Positions 23,414 through 33,389 of a DNA stretch of 64,000 bases are shown in pieces. The translations under genes and the position numbers were made by a program. Origin of the DNA: an uncultured Spirochaetales bacterium (GTDB taxonomy: Bacteria > Desulfobacterota_D > UBA1144); assembly GCA_964440275.1 (NCBI GenBank), contig CAYTRR010000004.1, positions 14,258 to 78,257 of the forward strand, written 5' to 3'. Under the pieces are notes generated by a model. The model worked only from the letters and a program-made list of their open reading frames with translations, was not told where the DNA came from and ran no database searches. How positions within the stretch are numbered: position 1 is the first letter of the stretch; every line of letters starts with the position of its first letter.

Positions 23414-23815
23414 TCATTTTTTATAATGAGCTGCAATCCCCGCAACATGCTGAAAAAAATAATGGTCCTTGTCTTTCAAAATATTCATTAATTTGTCACC
23501 TTCTTCTATCATGTTGTTTTGAAAGCAGGCTGCTGCTGTAATTGGATATAACTGCAAATAGTCTGGGTTCGCTCTTAGAGCAACTCCAAAATGTTTAATA
23601 GCACCATCTAAATTTCCTTCTGCTTTAAGAGCCAAGCCTATACAATAATTTTTTTGAAAAATATATTCGCCTGATTCGTCAATTTTTTTAAGAATATTTT
23701 TAGCTTCTTCAAACAACCCTTCGCTGAGAAATGTAGCAGAAATTTGAATTAGTAGTCCATTATCGGTTGAATTTTTAGCTTTTTGTAACAATTCTTGTTT
23801 GTTTTTTGAATCCAT
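23414..23815 (-). CDS. Small TPR-like protein
   Basis: Helical repeats IGLALKAEGNLDGAIKHFGVALRANPDY. Confidence 0.65.
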   Translation of the reverse strand: MDSKNKQELLQKAKNSTDNGLLIQISATFLSEGLFEEAKNILKKIDESGEYIFQKNYCIGLALKAEGNLDGAIKHFGVALRANPDYLQLYPITAAACFQNNMIEEGDKLMNILKDKDHYFFQHVAGIAAHYKK

Positions 23816-23855
23816 AATGTTAAATTACCACATATTAAATAATTAGGAATTTTAA

Positions 23856-24611
23856 ATGTCTAGAAAAATAATAATCCTTTCAGGTGGTTTTGATCCAATT
23901 CATTCCGGTCATATTGCAATGTTTGAAGAATCAAGAGATTTAGGAGATATAGTTGTGCTCCTTAATTCAGATGAATGGCTAAAAAGAAAAAAAGGTAATT
24001 ATTTTATGGATTGGAACAATAGACTCTCTGTTGTAACTAATATAAAAGGTGTAGTTGATGTCTTACCTTTTGATGACACTGATGGTACTGCTGTAAAAGG
24101 TATATTAGATGTCGTTAAAAAATATCCTGATTGTGACATTTACTTTGCTAACGGGGGAGATAGGAACAAAGAAACCACTCCTGAAACGAAATTCTGTCAG
24201 GAAAACAATATAAACGAAATCTTTAATGTGGGTGGTGGAAAAACAGCATCTTCAAGTGACATACTAACCATATGGAAAGATTCACCTATGGAAAGACCAT
24301 GGGGAGAATGGCATTGTTATAAAGAATTTGATATAGATAATGCAAAAGCAAAGATTAAATCATTAATAGTTAACCCTGGGAAAAAACTCTCTTATCAGAA
24401 ACATAGTCTTCGAAACGAACATTGGTTCGTAATTAAGGGTAATGCTACAATAAAATTAAATGGTGAAGAATTTAAAGTTGAAACATTTAATTACTTTGAT
24501 ATTAAAGTTGAAGATTGGCATCAACTGATAAATAATGGTGACGATGATTTGATAGTCGTTGAAGTACAATTTGGTGATGAATGTATTGAAGAAGATATAG
24601 AGAGAAAATAA
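23856..24611 (+). CDS. HxGH cytidylyltransferase-like domain fused to a ManC-type cupin (PMI type II C-terminal)
   Basis: SGGFDPIHSGH, FANGGDR; then RPWG, LSYQKH..RNEHW, EVQFG..EEDIER. Confidence 0.85.
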   Translation: MSRKIIILSGGFDPIHSGHIAMFEESRDLGDIVVLLNSDEWLKRKKGNYFMDWNNRLSVVTNIKGVVDVLPFDDTDGTAVKGILDVVKKYPDCDIYFANGGDRNKETTPETKFCQENNINEIFNVGGGKTASSSDILTIWKDSPMERPWGEWHCYKEFDIDNAKAKIKSLIVNPGKKLSYQKHSLRNEHWFVIKGNATIKLNGEEFKVETFNYFDIKVEDWHQLINNGDDDLIVVEVQFGDECIEEDIERK

Positions 24612-24613
24612 AA

Positions 24614-25300
24614 TTGAAGTCAATCAACATTATAATCCCGTGCTTAAAAGAAGCTGAAAATCTAAAGTTTTTAATCCCTCAAATTACTGATAACTTAAAA
24701 AAAGTCATTACTGATTTTGAAATTATTATTGTTGACAACTCTAGCCCATTGGATGAGACACCAGAAGTATGCTCAAACTTTTTAAATGTAAAATATCTAA
24801 ATACAGAAGGAATAGATAATTATGGGAATGCTGTAAGAACTGGTATTAGTAATGCAACCAAAGAATACATAATGTTTATGGATGCTGATGGCTCACATAA
24901 TCCAGAAGTTATTCCAAAAATGATTGAAGAGATTGGTGATTACAATATTTGTATTGCATCAAGATATTGCAAAGGAGGATCTACCAAAGACAAAGTTACT
25001 TCAATATTTTTATCAAAAGTTCTAAATTTAGTTTATTCTTTTGTGCTTGGCGTTAAATGCTCAGACTGGTCAGGTAGTTTCAAGCTCTATAATGCTGCAT
25101 TGATTAAAAACTTAAAATTAAATTCTAGCAACTTTGATATTATTCCTGAAATTTTATTTAAAATATCAAAACTTGATCCTTCAAAAAGAATAAATGAAGT
25201 ACCTTATGTATTTGATACGAGAATACATGGCCAAACCAAAAGAAAGCTCAAAACATATATTGATTTTCTTACTACACTTTTAAAATTAAAGTTCAGCTGA
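24614..25300 (+). CDS. GT2 glycosyltransferase, DPM1/polyprenol-phosphate mannose synthase-like
   Basis: IIPC, IVDN, YGNA, MDADGSH, ASRY..GG, R.HGQTK. Confidence 0.88.
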   Translation: MKSINIIIPCLKEAENLKFLIPQITDNLKKVITDFEIIIVDNSSPLDETPEVCSNFLNVKYLNTEGIDNYGNAVRTGISNATKEYIMFMDADGSHNPEVIPKMIEEIGDYNICIASRYCKGGSTKDKVTSIFLSKVLNLVYSFVLGVKCSDWSGSFKLYNAALIKNLKLNSSNFDIIPEILFKISKLDPSKRINEVPYVFDTRIHGQTKRKLKTYIDFLTTLLKLKFS

Positions 25301-25375
25301 TATATGTTAATAAATAAAGAATTGAATAAATTTTATATTAAAATACTATATAAAAGTACTTATAGGAGTTATTAG

Positions 25376-26389
25376 ATGGCAAAAGCATTAATTACTGGAA
25401 TAACAGGCCAAGATGGAGCTTATTTAGCAAAACATTTATTAGATTTAGGATATCAAGTCTTTGGAGCAGCAAGAAGAAATTCTAATTACAATACCCAGAG
25501 GCTACAAATATTAGGAATAGAAAAAGATATTAAAATAAGAGAATTTGAGCTATTAGAAGAGTCAAATATAAGAAAAGTTTTGGAAGATGTACAACCAGAC
25601 GAAATTTATAATCTTGGTGCACAAAGTTTTGTTGGAGCAAGCTTTGAAACACCAATGTATACAGCAGAAGTTACTGGACTTGGAGTACTAAGAGTATTGG
25701 ATGCTATTAGAACAATCGCTCCTAATTCTAAGTTTTATCAAGCATCATCTTCGGAAATGTTTGGCAAAGTCTTGGAAACACCTCAAAACGAGGAAACACC
25801 TTTTTATCCTAGATCGCCATATGGGGTCGCAAAAGTGTATGCCCATTTTATAACTAAAAATTACAGAGAATCTTATAATATTTTTGGTTCTTGTGGAATT
25901 TTATTCAATCACGAATCTCCTTTAAGAGGTAACGAGTTTGTTACTAAAAAGATTGTCAAAGCAATAGCTAGAATAAAAAAAGGAAAACAAGAAGAATTAA
26001 TTTTAGGAAATCTAGACTCCAAAAGAGATTGGGGTTTTGCTGGCGACTATGTTGAAGCTATGCATTTGATGCTTCAAGCTAAGAATGCCGACGATTACGT
26101 TATATCGACCGGTGAGACTCATTCGGTAAGAGAATTCGTTGAACTTTCATTGAATGTAGCCGGTATAGATTTTGAATGGAAAGGTGAAGGTGTAAATACT
26201 ACTGCAGTATCGAAAGAAACTGGAAAAAATATTGTCATATGCAGTAAAGAATTCTATAGACCTGCTGAAGTTGATTTGTTATTAGGGGATTATTCTAAAG
26301 CTAAAAAAGAGCTTGGTTGGAAACCAAAAACTACATTTAATTCACTTGTTCAATTGATGATGGAATACGAGATGAACAACAACGACTAA
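25376..26389 (+). CDS. gmd: GDP-mannose 4,6-dehydratase
   Basis: ALITGITGQDGAYL, YQASSSEMFG, PRSPYGVAK, LFNHESP, RDWG, RPAEVD. Confidence 0.97.
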   Translation: MAKALITGITGQDGAYLAKHLLDLGYQVFGAARRNSNYNTQRLQILGIEKDIKIREFELLEESNIRKVLEDVQPDEIYNLGAQSFVGASFETPMYTAEVTGLGVLRVLDAIRTIAPNSKFYQASSSEMFGKVLETPQNEETPFYPRSPYGVAKVYAHFITKNYRESYNIFGSCGILFNHESPLRGNEFVTKKIVKAIARIKKGKQEELILGNLDSKRDWGFAGDYVEAMHLMLQAKNADDYVISTGETHSVREFVELSLNVAGIDFEWKGEGVNTTAVSKETGKNIVICSKEFYRPAEVDLLLGDYSKAKKELGWKPKTTFNSLVQLMMEYEMNNND

Positions 26390-27207
26390 AAACCCCAAAG
26401 TTCATACATTACTACAAACATAAAAGAATATTGATTAGGTGACCCTTGTAATTTTACTAATGGACTATCAGCAGCTTCTCCTAGTAATCTATCATATTTT
26501 AAATTGAGCATCATGGATATTTTCTCAGTAACAGGTGATGTTATTGTATTAGCAATTCCCCATGCATAAAAATCTGCGTCTGGTGAATACAAGGAATACT
26601 TTTGGTTTTTAGGAGTTGAGAACCATTCGTCCATGAAATCAGAATTTCCGTATTTATAAATTAAAGATGTAGTGTTTACAAAAAGTTGCTGAAAATTAAT
26701 CCATATTGGAACACTGTAATTAACTGAGAAATTAGTATCAATTGCATCACCGAAGTCTTCAACGCCTGTCATCATACCTAAACCCAATGAAAAGTTCATA
26801 GGCAATTCATATTCGAATTCAAATCCAGTTTCAAAATGAGGATCAATTTCTTCTAATAGAGTTAACGAATTATCATCGCCATTTTGGCGTCCAAAATTGT
26901 AATTACCTAGTGCAGCAAAAGAAAAATAATCATTTTCAATCAAAGATAGCTTAGCAAAAGGTCCAGTTATTTCAAAAGAATTAAAAACAGTTCTCTTTGT
27001 ATTTTCGTATCTAAATGCTGCAAATGGAATCCACATAAACCTTCTTGAACTAGAACCCATATATGTTGGATAGTTAATAAATCCACCGCCGACATAAATG
27101 TTGGAGTTTGCTTTTGGCTTTTCCCCTTCTACTTCATACGCAGCAGTTTCATAGCAAGGAGAAAGTGTAAGAATTATCACAGTAAATAAAATTAATAAAT
27201 TTCTCAT
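26386..27207 (-). CDS. MipA/OmpV-family outer membrane protein
   Basis: Signal peptide, PTYMGS, YDRLLGEAADSPLV, aromatic C-terminus. Confidence 0.82.
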   Translation of the reverse strand: MRNLLILFTVIILTLSPCYETAAYEVEGEKPKANSNIYVGGGFINYPTYMGSSSRRFMWIPFAAFRYENTKRTVFNSFEITGPFAKLSLIENDYFSFAALGNYNFGRQNGDDNSLTLLEEIDPHFETGFEFEYELPMNFSLGLGMMTGVEDFGDAIDTNFSVNYSVPIWINFQQLFVNTTSLIYKYGNSDFMDEWFSTPKNQKYSLYSPDADFYAWGIANTITSPVTEKISMMLNLKYDRLLGEAADSPLVKLQGSPNQYSFMFVVMYELWGF

Positions 27208-27272
27208 ATGTTTACTCCTATATAGTATATCAAAAATTAAGTTTTTATTAATTTTGATTTATTAAATTAGTC

Positions 27273-27704
27273 TTAATTCTCAAGCAATTTTGCTTTATAG
27301 ATTACTTCACCATTGATTGAATACAAATTATGTTTATGATCCATTAGCATCACAAAGACTTCATTTCTGCCATCCACTAGAATGCTCCTGTCAAATAAAA
27401 ATTCATTTTGATCAACCATAAACTCTTTATTGTTTATTTCTACTAGCAAATGACCGCTGTTCGTCATTTCCATTGAATGCATTTCGACTGCATCTTCTGA
27501 TTTTAATGGAATTAATTTGAAATTCTTTAATTTAAAAACTATTTTAATTTGATTTCTAGTTACTTTTATAAACTTAAAATTGATTTCTGGGAAAGGTGTG
27601 GTTGCTTCTACTAAATCACCATGATGTTCTTCGTGTGAAACAACTTTAGTCACGGGAGTAGTTGTTAAAAATAAAATTATTAAAAATAGGAAAATTTTAT
27701 TCAT
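27273..27704 (-). CDS. Secreted His/Met-rich protein, possibly metal-binding
   Basis: Signal peptide, then SHEEHHG, MHSMEM..GHL, LMDHKH. Confidence 0.6.
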   Translation of the reverse strand: MNKIFLFLIILFLTTTPVTKVVSHEEHHGDLVEATTPFPEINFKFIKVTRNQIKIVFKLKNFKLIPLKSEDAVEMHSMEMTNSGHLLVEINNKEFMVDQNEFLFDRSILVDGRNEVFVMLMDHKHNLYSINGEVIYKAKLLEN

Positions 27705-27726
27705 AATAGACTCTTTGTGCTTGATT

Positions 27727-28506
27727 TTATCCTAGCAATATATCTAATGCCATCATAACCACGAGACCAATTAAAAATCCAGCAGTTGCATAATTTTCAT
27801 GCCCTCTTCTATGAGTCTCTGGAATTATCTCATGACTGATAACAAAAAGCATTGCTCCAGCAGCAAAACCTAGCCCCCAAGGCAACAGATGTTGAAACGT
27901 ACTCACTAAACTCACACCTAAAAGTCCGAATAGTGGTTCAAATAATCCCGTAATTGTTGCAATTAAAAAAGATTTAAAGCGCGAATAGCCCACAGTAATC
28001 AAAGAAAATGCTACTGCCATTCCTTCTGGTATATTTTGAAGACCTATCCCTAAAGCTAAACTTTTACCATTAGCTATGTCTCCGCCTCCAAATCCAACCC
28101 CAACAGCAAGGCCTTCCGGCATGTTATGTAAAGTGATTGCAATTATGAATAGCCAAATTTTTGAAAGTTTGGCACGTTCTTGCTCGTTATGTGAAGTACC
28201 TAATATAAAATGTTCATGTGGTGCTTTAGCTTGAATAACCCATATTGAAACCGCCCCAATAATAAGACCTCCAAGAACTACAGCCAGAGATATTACGCTG
28301 TTTTCGTACATTTCATATCCATAATCTAGTCCTGGGATAATCAATGAAAAGAAACTGGCCGCTAGCATTACACCAGCTGCAAATCCTAGTGACGTGTCTT
28401 CAAACTTTTCGCTAATCTTTTTTACAAAAAAAACTGGCAAAGCTCCTACAGAAGTAGCAATTCCAGCAAAAAAGCTAGCTATAAAACCAATTAAAACTAT
28501 GTCCAT
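27727..28506 (-). CDS. ZIP family metal transporter (GufA/ZupT-like)
   Basis: FAAGVML, LHNMPEG, QNIPEG, HEIIPE. Confidence 0.93.
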   Translation of the reverse strand: MDIVLIGFIASFFAGIATSVGALPVFFVKKISEKFEDTSLGFAAGVMLAASFFSLIIPGLDYGYEMYENSVISLAVVLGGLIIGAVSIWVIQAKAPHEHFILGTSHNEQERAKLSKIWLFIIAITLHNMPEGLAVGVGFGGGDIANGKSLALGIGLQNIPEGMAVAFSLITVGYSRFKSFLIATITGLFEPLFGLLGVSLVSTFQHLLPWGLGFAAGAMLFVISHEIIPETHRRGHENYATAGFLIGLVVMMALDILLG

Positions 28507-28547
28507 TGCGCAACCAAGGACAACTTTATATGAAAAAGGTTAAATCG

Positions 28548-28997
28548 TCAAAAAATAATAATTCTTAATATGATATTAGCGCAAATCCCTGCTGAAACAT
28601 CATCAAGAGTTATTCCCAATCCTCCATGTAAACTTTCTGCTTTTTTCACAAAAACAGGTTTCCAAATATCAAATAACCGAAAAAGGACAAATGCGCAAAG
28701 TAGGTTTCCTATTGAGTAAGGGATAAAAAGCAATGAAACAAAATATCCAGCAACTTCATCGATAACTACAATATTTGGATCTTTAGATTTGAATAGTTTA
28801 ATTGAATAGTGTGACGAAATTATTGATATTATGATTAAAAAAATTGTAATAAAAAATATTTGCCAAAGTGTTAAATTGAAGAAATTGGCTAAAAAATAAT
28901 AAAGAATTAAAGCAGCTAACGTGCCAAAAGTTCCTGGCATTTTTGGCAAATAGCCTGAGTAGAAAAAAGTTGAGATTAGTTTGATTAAACTATTCAT
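28548..28997 (-). CDS. pgpA: Phosphatidylglycerophosphatase A
   Basis: PGTFGT, DPNIVVIDEVAG, FRLFDIWKP, GITLDD. Confidence 0.94.
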   Translation of the reverse strand: MNSLIKLISTFFYSGYLPKMPGTFGTLAALILYYFLANFFNLTLWQIFFITIFLIIISIISSHYSIKLFKSKDPNIVVIDEVAGYFVSLLFIPYSIGNLLCAFVLFRLFDIWKPVFVKKAESLHGGLGITLDDVSAGICANIILRIIIF

Positions 28998-29125
28998 GTA
29001 AGTGAATTATGTTGAATAACTATAATTAATCAACCTAGCTTGACATGATACTTAAAAACTGTGAATTTTTAAAACTTTTCTATTACATATGGATTTCTTT
29101 AATAATTTATTAGACTATATATATA

Positions 29126-30373
29126 ATGTTTAAAAAGAATTTACCTTTATATTTACTCATTTTCTTTTCTACTGTTCTAAGTATTTACTTTAGGTTATTC
29201 GATAAGCTTGGAACAGATTTTTATTTGTTTTGGGACTCAATGGTTCTTTATTGTGGCCCCTATTATTTTTCTTTAGATAAGAATCCATATGGTTTAATCA
29301 ATGAATGTTCTGATAGAGTATCAAATTTTAAATATGTATATTTGCCAATTTATCTTGAATGGTTTCAATTCTTTTTAAATGTAAGCCAAAACTTGTTCTT
29401 AAAAATATGGATAGCATTAATTACAGTATCATTGCTGCTAACGACTTTGTTTCTTAATAAAACATTTCAATTCAAAAATTATTTTTTGTCCTTGCTGATT
29501 CTGTTGTTTGGATTTAGTGGTATTCCTTTTTACGGATTTCTTTCAGGCAATGTGTCTATAATCTTATACATGCTTTGCGCAGGTGGGATACTGCTTTCAA
29601 CAAAAGAAAATCCAACGTACGTATTAATAGGATTAGTGTTAATAGGGATACCTAGTATGTTTAAAATTTACATGCTAATTTTCTTTCTTGTCCCATACCT
29701 CTACATAGAAAGAAAATATCTTAAATATATAATTTCTTTATGCTCATTTTCTTCTTTATTCTTTTTTTACAATTTTTATGCTTATAAAAAATTATTCCAG
29801 GAATTTACAAGCAATCTAAGCATACTGCCGATTGCGGGTGATATGGGCGTAGGATTATTTAAAATCGTCAACTTAATAAATCATTATATTTTAAATATTT
29901 CAGATCTCTATAACCCTGGTAGACACAATTGGAATATAGATACTACAAGAACATTTAACATGCTCCCAGATTACTCAGTAGCAATACTTATTATTCTTCT
30001 GTTTATTTATCTAGCAACAATAATAAGGGGGTACAACTTTACAAGTTCAAAAAGTGAAAATATTCGAATAAAAGTTTCTTTGGGGATTATAATATCTTAT
30101 TTGTGCTTACCAAGACTGAAACAATACGACTTTTTTCTTAACACTGTTGCAAGTTTTTATCTAATTAATTCAGATTTTTTTAGAAGTCTTATTATAAAAA
30201 AATTAAATGTAAATATTTGTAGAAATATTACGTACTTTCTTAATTTTTCTCTCCTTGCCTTTTACAACATCAAAGGAGATAATTTTTTCATCTATCCATT
30301 TACATTGTTATTGCTTATTTTATTTATATTCTTTCATAGAATATCAAGAAAAACAGAAGCTTCTCTTAGTTAG
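29126..30373 (+). CDS. Multi-TM GT87/DUF2029-like (GT-C) protein, paralog 1
   Basis: WD..LYCG..NPY, YLP, SGN, FK, GDMG.G, CLPRLKQYD; about 10 TM segments. Confidence 0.65.
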   Translation: MFKKNLPLYLLIFFSTVLSIYFRLFDKLGTDFYLFWDSMVLYCGPYYFSLDKNPYGLINECSDRVSNFKYVYLPIYLEWFQFFLNVSQNLFLKIWIALITVSLLLTTLFLNKTFQFKNYFLSLLILLFGFSGIPFYGFLSGNVSIILYMLCAGGILLSTKENPTYVLIGLVLIGIPSMFKIYMLIFFLVPYLYIERKYLKYIISLCSFSSLFFFYNFYAYKKLFQEFTSNLSILPIAGDMGVGLFKIVNLINHYILNISDLYNPGRHNWNIDTTRTFNMLPDYSVAILIILLFIYLATIIRGYNFTSSKSENIRIKVSLGIIISYLCLPRLKQYDFFLNTVASFYLINSDFFRSLIIKKLNVNICRNITYFLNFSLLAFYNIKGDNFFIYPFTLLLLILFIFFHRISRKTEASLS

Positions 30374-30438
30374 CTAAGTTTAAGTTTTAAGTTTGCAATG
30401 ATATAAATTAGAGTTTAAATTAGATTAAGGCCTCTTCA

Positions 30439-31713
30439 ATGATGAACGAAATATTCTTATTTTTATCGCAAAATTTTGTATTTCCAAGGAATGTCTTGAC
30501 GTCTTCATTTATAATATTTCTTCTTAGTTTTTTTTATTTTATATATAAAGATAAAAAAAATATAAATTTATTATTTTCAGTCCCCCTCTTAATCTCTCTA
30601 TACTCTGGATTATCATATGCTTTTAGATTCACCAACGTTCATCATACTGCTCCTTTATATTGGGATGTTAGAGGATTGTTTTGTGCTAATTTAGCATTGG
30701 ACGCTGGTACATCGCCATTCAATGGAATGGCTGACTGTATGTTCCCAAATCTTCCAATGCTTGTAGCTTACCAGCCTATTTTTTTAAATTTCTTTTGGAA
30801 CATTGACTATTCATCATTTAAGATCATTTGGCTTGCTTTAACTATTTTTTTCCTAATTGTGATTTATACAAGTTCAAAAAGGATATTGAACTACAAATCT
30901 GGCTTATTGTTTTTCTTGCTTTTCGTATTGGGAGCTTACGAGGGTTCATCGTGGATAACTTTTCAAAGCGGTAATATAGCCACTATAACTTATGGAATTT
31001 CTTTTTATTTTTTATATAGATTAGTTAAAGAAGAAAAAAGGCTAGGATTTTTTATTGCTATCGGTATTTTGGCTGCCTTTAAGTATCATTTTATATTATT
31101 ACTTCTATACCCTGTTTTTATAGATAAAAAGATTGATATAAAGTATCATGCATTAACTTTTGTGGTTTTCTTCGCCACATCGTTATCAAGCTACTTTGTG
31201 TATCCACATTTGTATAATGAACTTTTTACAGAAGTTATCGGAAAGCAGTTAGATCAAGGACTTAAGCCCTACCCATCACAATTATTTATCTACGATTATT
31301 TCAGAGAACATTTAGGAGCCTTGAAATTCAATACTTTGTTTAAAGGTTTTCTTTTTGTTGCTATGTTTTTATTTTTCTATAATCGAATAAAAAAGAATCC
31401 TACTTGTTCTAAGGCTGATTTGTTTATCTTAGCAACATTCATGATTAATATTTGCTTGCCTAGGTTAAAGCTTTATGATCTGCTACTAATAATTCCGTGT
31501 ACAATTAAAATTCTTGAAGATAGCTGGATTGCTCAGGATAAAACAATAATATCAAAACTTATGGTCTTAATTGTGGCTTGCAGCTTCTTCTTTATTTATC
31601 CTCAATGGTGGTGGGACAATTGGTCATATTATTATATAATCTTGCTTTTTCTTTTATATATATATCAGAAAGATTTTTTTCAATTCCTTTCTAAGCAAAA
31701 GGCAGAAATCTAA
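30439..31713 (+). CDS. Multi-TM GT87/DUF2029-like (GT-C) protein, paralog 2
   Basis: WDV..FC..SPF, YQP, SGN, FK, DQG, CLPRLKLYD. Confidence 0.65.
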   Translation: MMNEIFLFLSQNFVFPRNVLTSSFIIFLLSFFYFIYKDKKNINLLFSVPLLISLYSGLSYAFRFTNVHHTAPLYWDVRGLFCANLALDAGTSPFNGMADCMFPNLPMLVAYQPIFLNFFWNIDYSSFKIIWLALTIFFLIVIYTSSKRILNYKSGLLFFLLFVLGAYEGSSWITFQSGNIATITYGISFYFLYRLVKEEKRLGFFIAIGILAAFKYHFILLLLYPVFIDKKIDIKYHALTFVVFFATSLSSYFVYPHLYNELFTEVIGKQLDQGLKPYPSQLFIYDYFREHLGALKFNTLFKGFLFVAMFLFFYNRIKKNPTCSKADLFILATFMINICLPRLKLYDLLLIIPCTIKILEDSWIAQDKTIISKLMVLIVACSFFFIYPQWWWDNWSYYYIILLFLLYIYQKDFFQFLSKQKAEI

Positions 31714-33389
31714 TGAAGCTTGATATTGATAATGTTATCAATAAACATTATAAACTTATAATTTTTTTAATTTGCAACTTGCTATTCTTTTCTTCTACTT
31801 CATATAAAATATTAAATCCTTCATATATCGATTATTTGTCACCTGGGGATATGGAAACTCACTGGCTTGGTTGGTTGTATTTTAGACATACTCCTTTTTT
31901 TCAATTCCCTTTGCTTTCTAATTTTTCTTATGGTCTTGAAAATTGGTCGGCTACTATAATACATACTGATTCTCTTCCTATTATGGCTTTACTATTTAGG
32001 CCATTTTCATCTTATTTGCCTCAACTTTTCCAATATTTTGGCTATTGGATTTATTTATGTTTTCTTTTTCAAGGATTTTGTTCCTACTATCTTATTAATC
32101 ACTTCTTAAAAGATAGAACTAAAAGTCTCATATCGATGTTATTTTTCTTGATTGCTCCAATTTTTTTGTGGAGACTTTGGGGACATTATGCACTTTTAGC
32201 ACAAGGATTGTTGCTACTTTCTTTTTATTTATATTTTTCAGATTACAAAAAATACAATTATTGGCTAGCTTTGCTCCTAATTTCGTCACTAATTAATGCA
32301 TATTTCTCTGGAATGATTCTACTACTTTTCTTGTGCAATTTAATTAAAAAAAATACGGATATAAAGCAAGTAGCTAAAAAATTCTTCAAAGTTGTAGGTT
32401 TGCTTTTGTTGTTTATGTGGATCTTAGGATTTTTTCAATTAGGCAGCTCTTTTATGGCTGGAGGATATGGCCTTTATAGGATGAATATAAATTCTTTAAT
32501 CAATCCAGTTGATCCTAACTGGTCAACTATTATTCCATCATTACCAACAGCAGACTATGATCATGATGGTTTTGCGTTCTTAGGAATTGGACCACTTTTG
32601 TTGCTAGGATTTTCAATTTATTTTATTTTAAAAAACAAAATAGTTTTTAAGATAACAAGAGAGATTAAAATTGTTTTAGGTTTATGTTTTTTTTGCTACC
32701 TTTTTGCGCTTTCAGATAATATAACACTTGGCTCAGAAGTTATTTTTTCATATGAAACACCTACTTTTTTAAAAATATTTACTAAGACTTTTAGGTCAAG
32801 TGCAAGATTTATCTGGATTCCATTTTACATGATATTAATTTTTGTAATATGGATGCTACACAATAATGTAACCAGAAAGAATTTTATATTAATATTGCTA
32901 TGTTTAGCAGCTGTACAGATTTATGATACGAGAAATGCTTTTGAAACGTTTAGAAAAAAACACGACCGTCCTACAGAATTTTGGAGCGGAGTAGTTGTAA
33001 ACGAAAAAGGGTTAGTGAGATCAAAGCCCCTATTAGAAAATCAACCATGGAAAAGTGATATCTGGAATCAAGTTATATTAAAGTATAAAAAGTTTTATTA
33101 CGTAATACCCAAAAACCGTCCTGGTGATTATTTTGAGATAGCTTTTTTAGCTGTAAGAAACAATATTCAAATAAACTTTGGATACTTCTCTAGATATAGC
33201 AAAACTAATGAAAAAAAAGAAAAATTGAGGTTAACCAAAGAAATAAATAATGGTATCTTTGACAAAGAGGCTGCATACTTTTTTTGGGATGATGAGCTTT
33301 ATGAAATTGCCAAAAACACTAAAAAAGATGGTGATTTCATTGATGAAGTAGATGGATACAAAATTTTACTTCCTGCATTCAATGATTAA
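31713..33389 (+). CDS. DUF6311-like multi-TM protein (putative GT-C), paralog 1
   Basis: DMETHWLGW, TDSLP, FQYFG, APIF..R..GH, MNINS, GFAFLG, FRSSARF.W, NFGYFSR. Confidence 0.75.
   Translation: MKLDIDNVINKHYKLIIFLICNLLFFSSTSYKILNPSYIDYLSPGDMETHWLGWLYFRHTPFFQFPLLSNFSYGLENWSATIIHTDSLPIMALLFRPFSSYLPQLFQYFGYWIYLCFLFQGFCSYYLINHFLKDRTKSLISMLFFLIAPIFLWRLWGHYALLAQGLLLLSFYLYFSDYKKYNYWLALLLISSLINAYFSGMILLLFLCNLIKKNTDIKQVAKKFFKVVGLLLLFMWILGFFQLGSSFMAGGYGLYRMNINSLINPVDPNWSTIIPSLPTADYDHDGFAFLGIGPLLLLGFSIYFILKNKIVFKITREIKIVLGLCFFCYLFALSDNITLGSEVIFSYETPTFLKIFTKTFRSSARFIWIPFYMILIFVIWMLHNNVTRKNFILILLCLAAVQIYDTRNAFETFRKKHDRPTEFWSGVVVNEKGLVRSKPLLENQPWKSDIWNQVILKYKKFYYVIPKNRPGDYFEIAFLAVRNNIQINFGYFSRYSKTNEKKEKLRLTKEINNGIFDKEAAYFFWDDELYEIAKNTKKDGDFIDEVDGYKILLPAFND

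Noticed and set aside
27229-27258. Imperfect inverted repeat ATCAAAAATTAA...TTAATTTTGAT upstream of mipA
   Set aside because: Almost all A/T with a bulge; expected by chance at this composition and not a convincing operator or terminator
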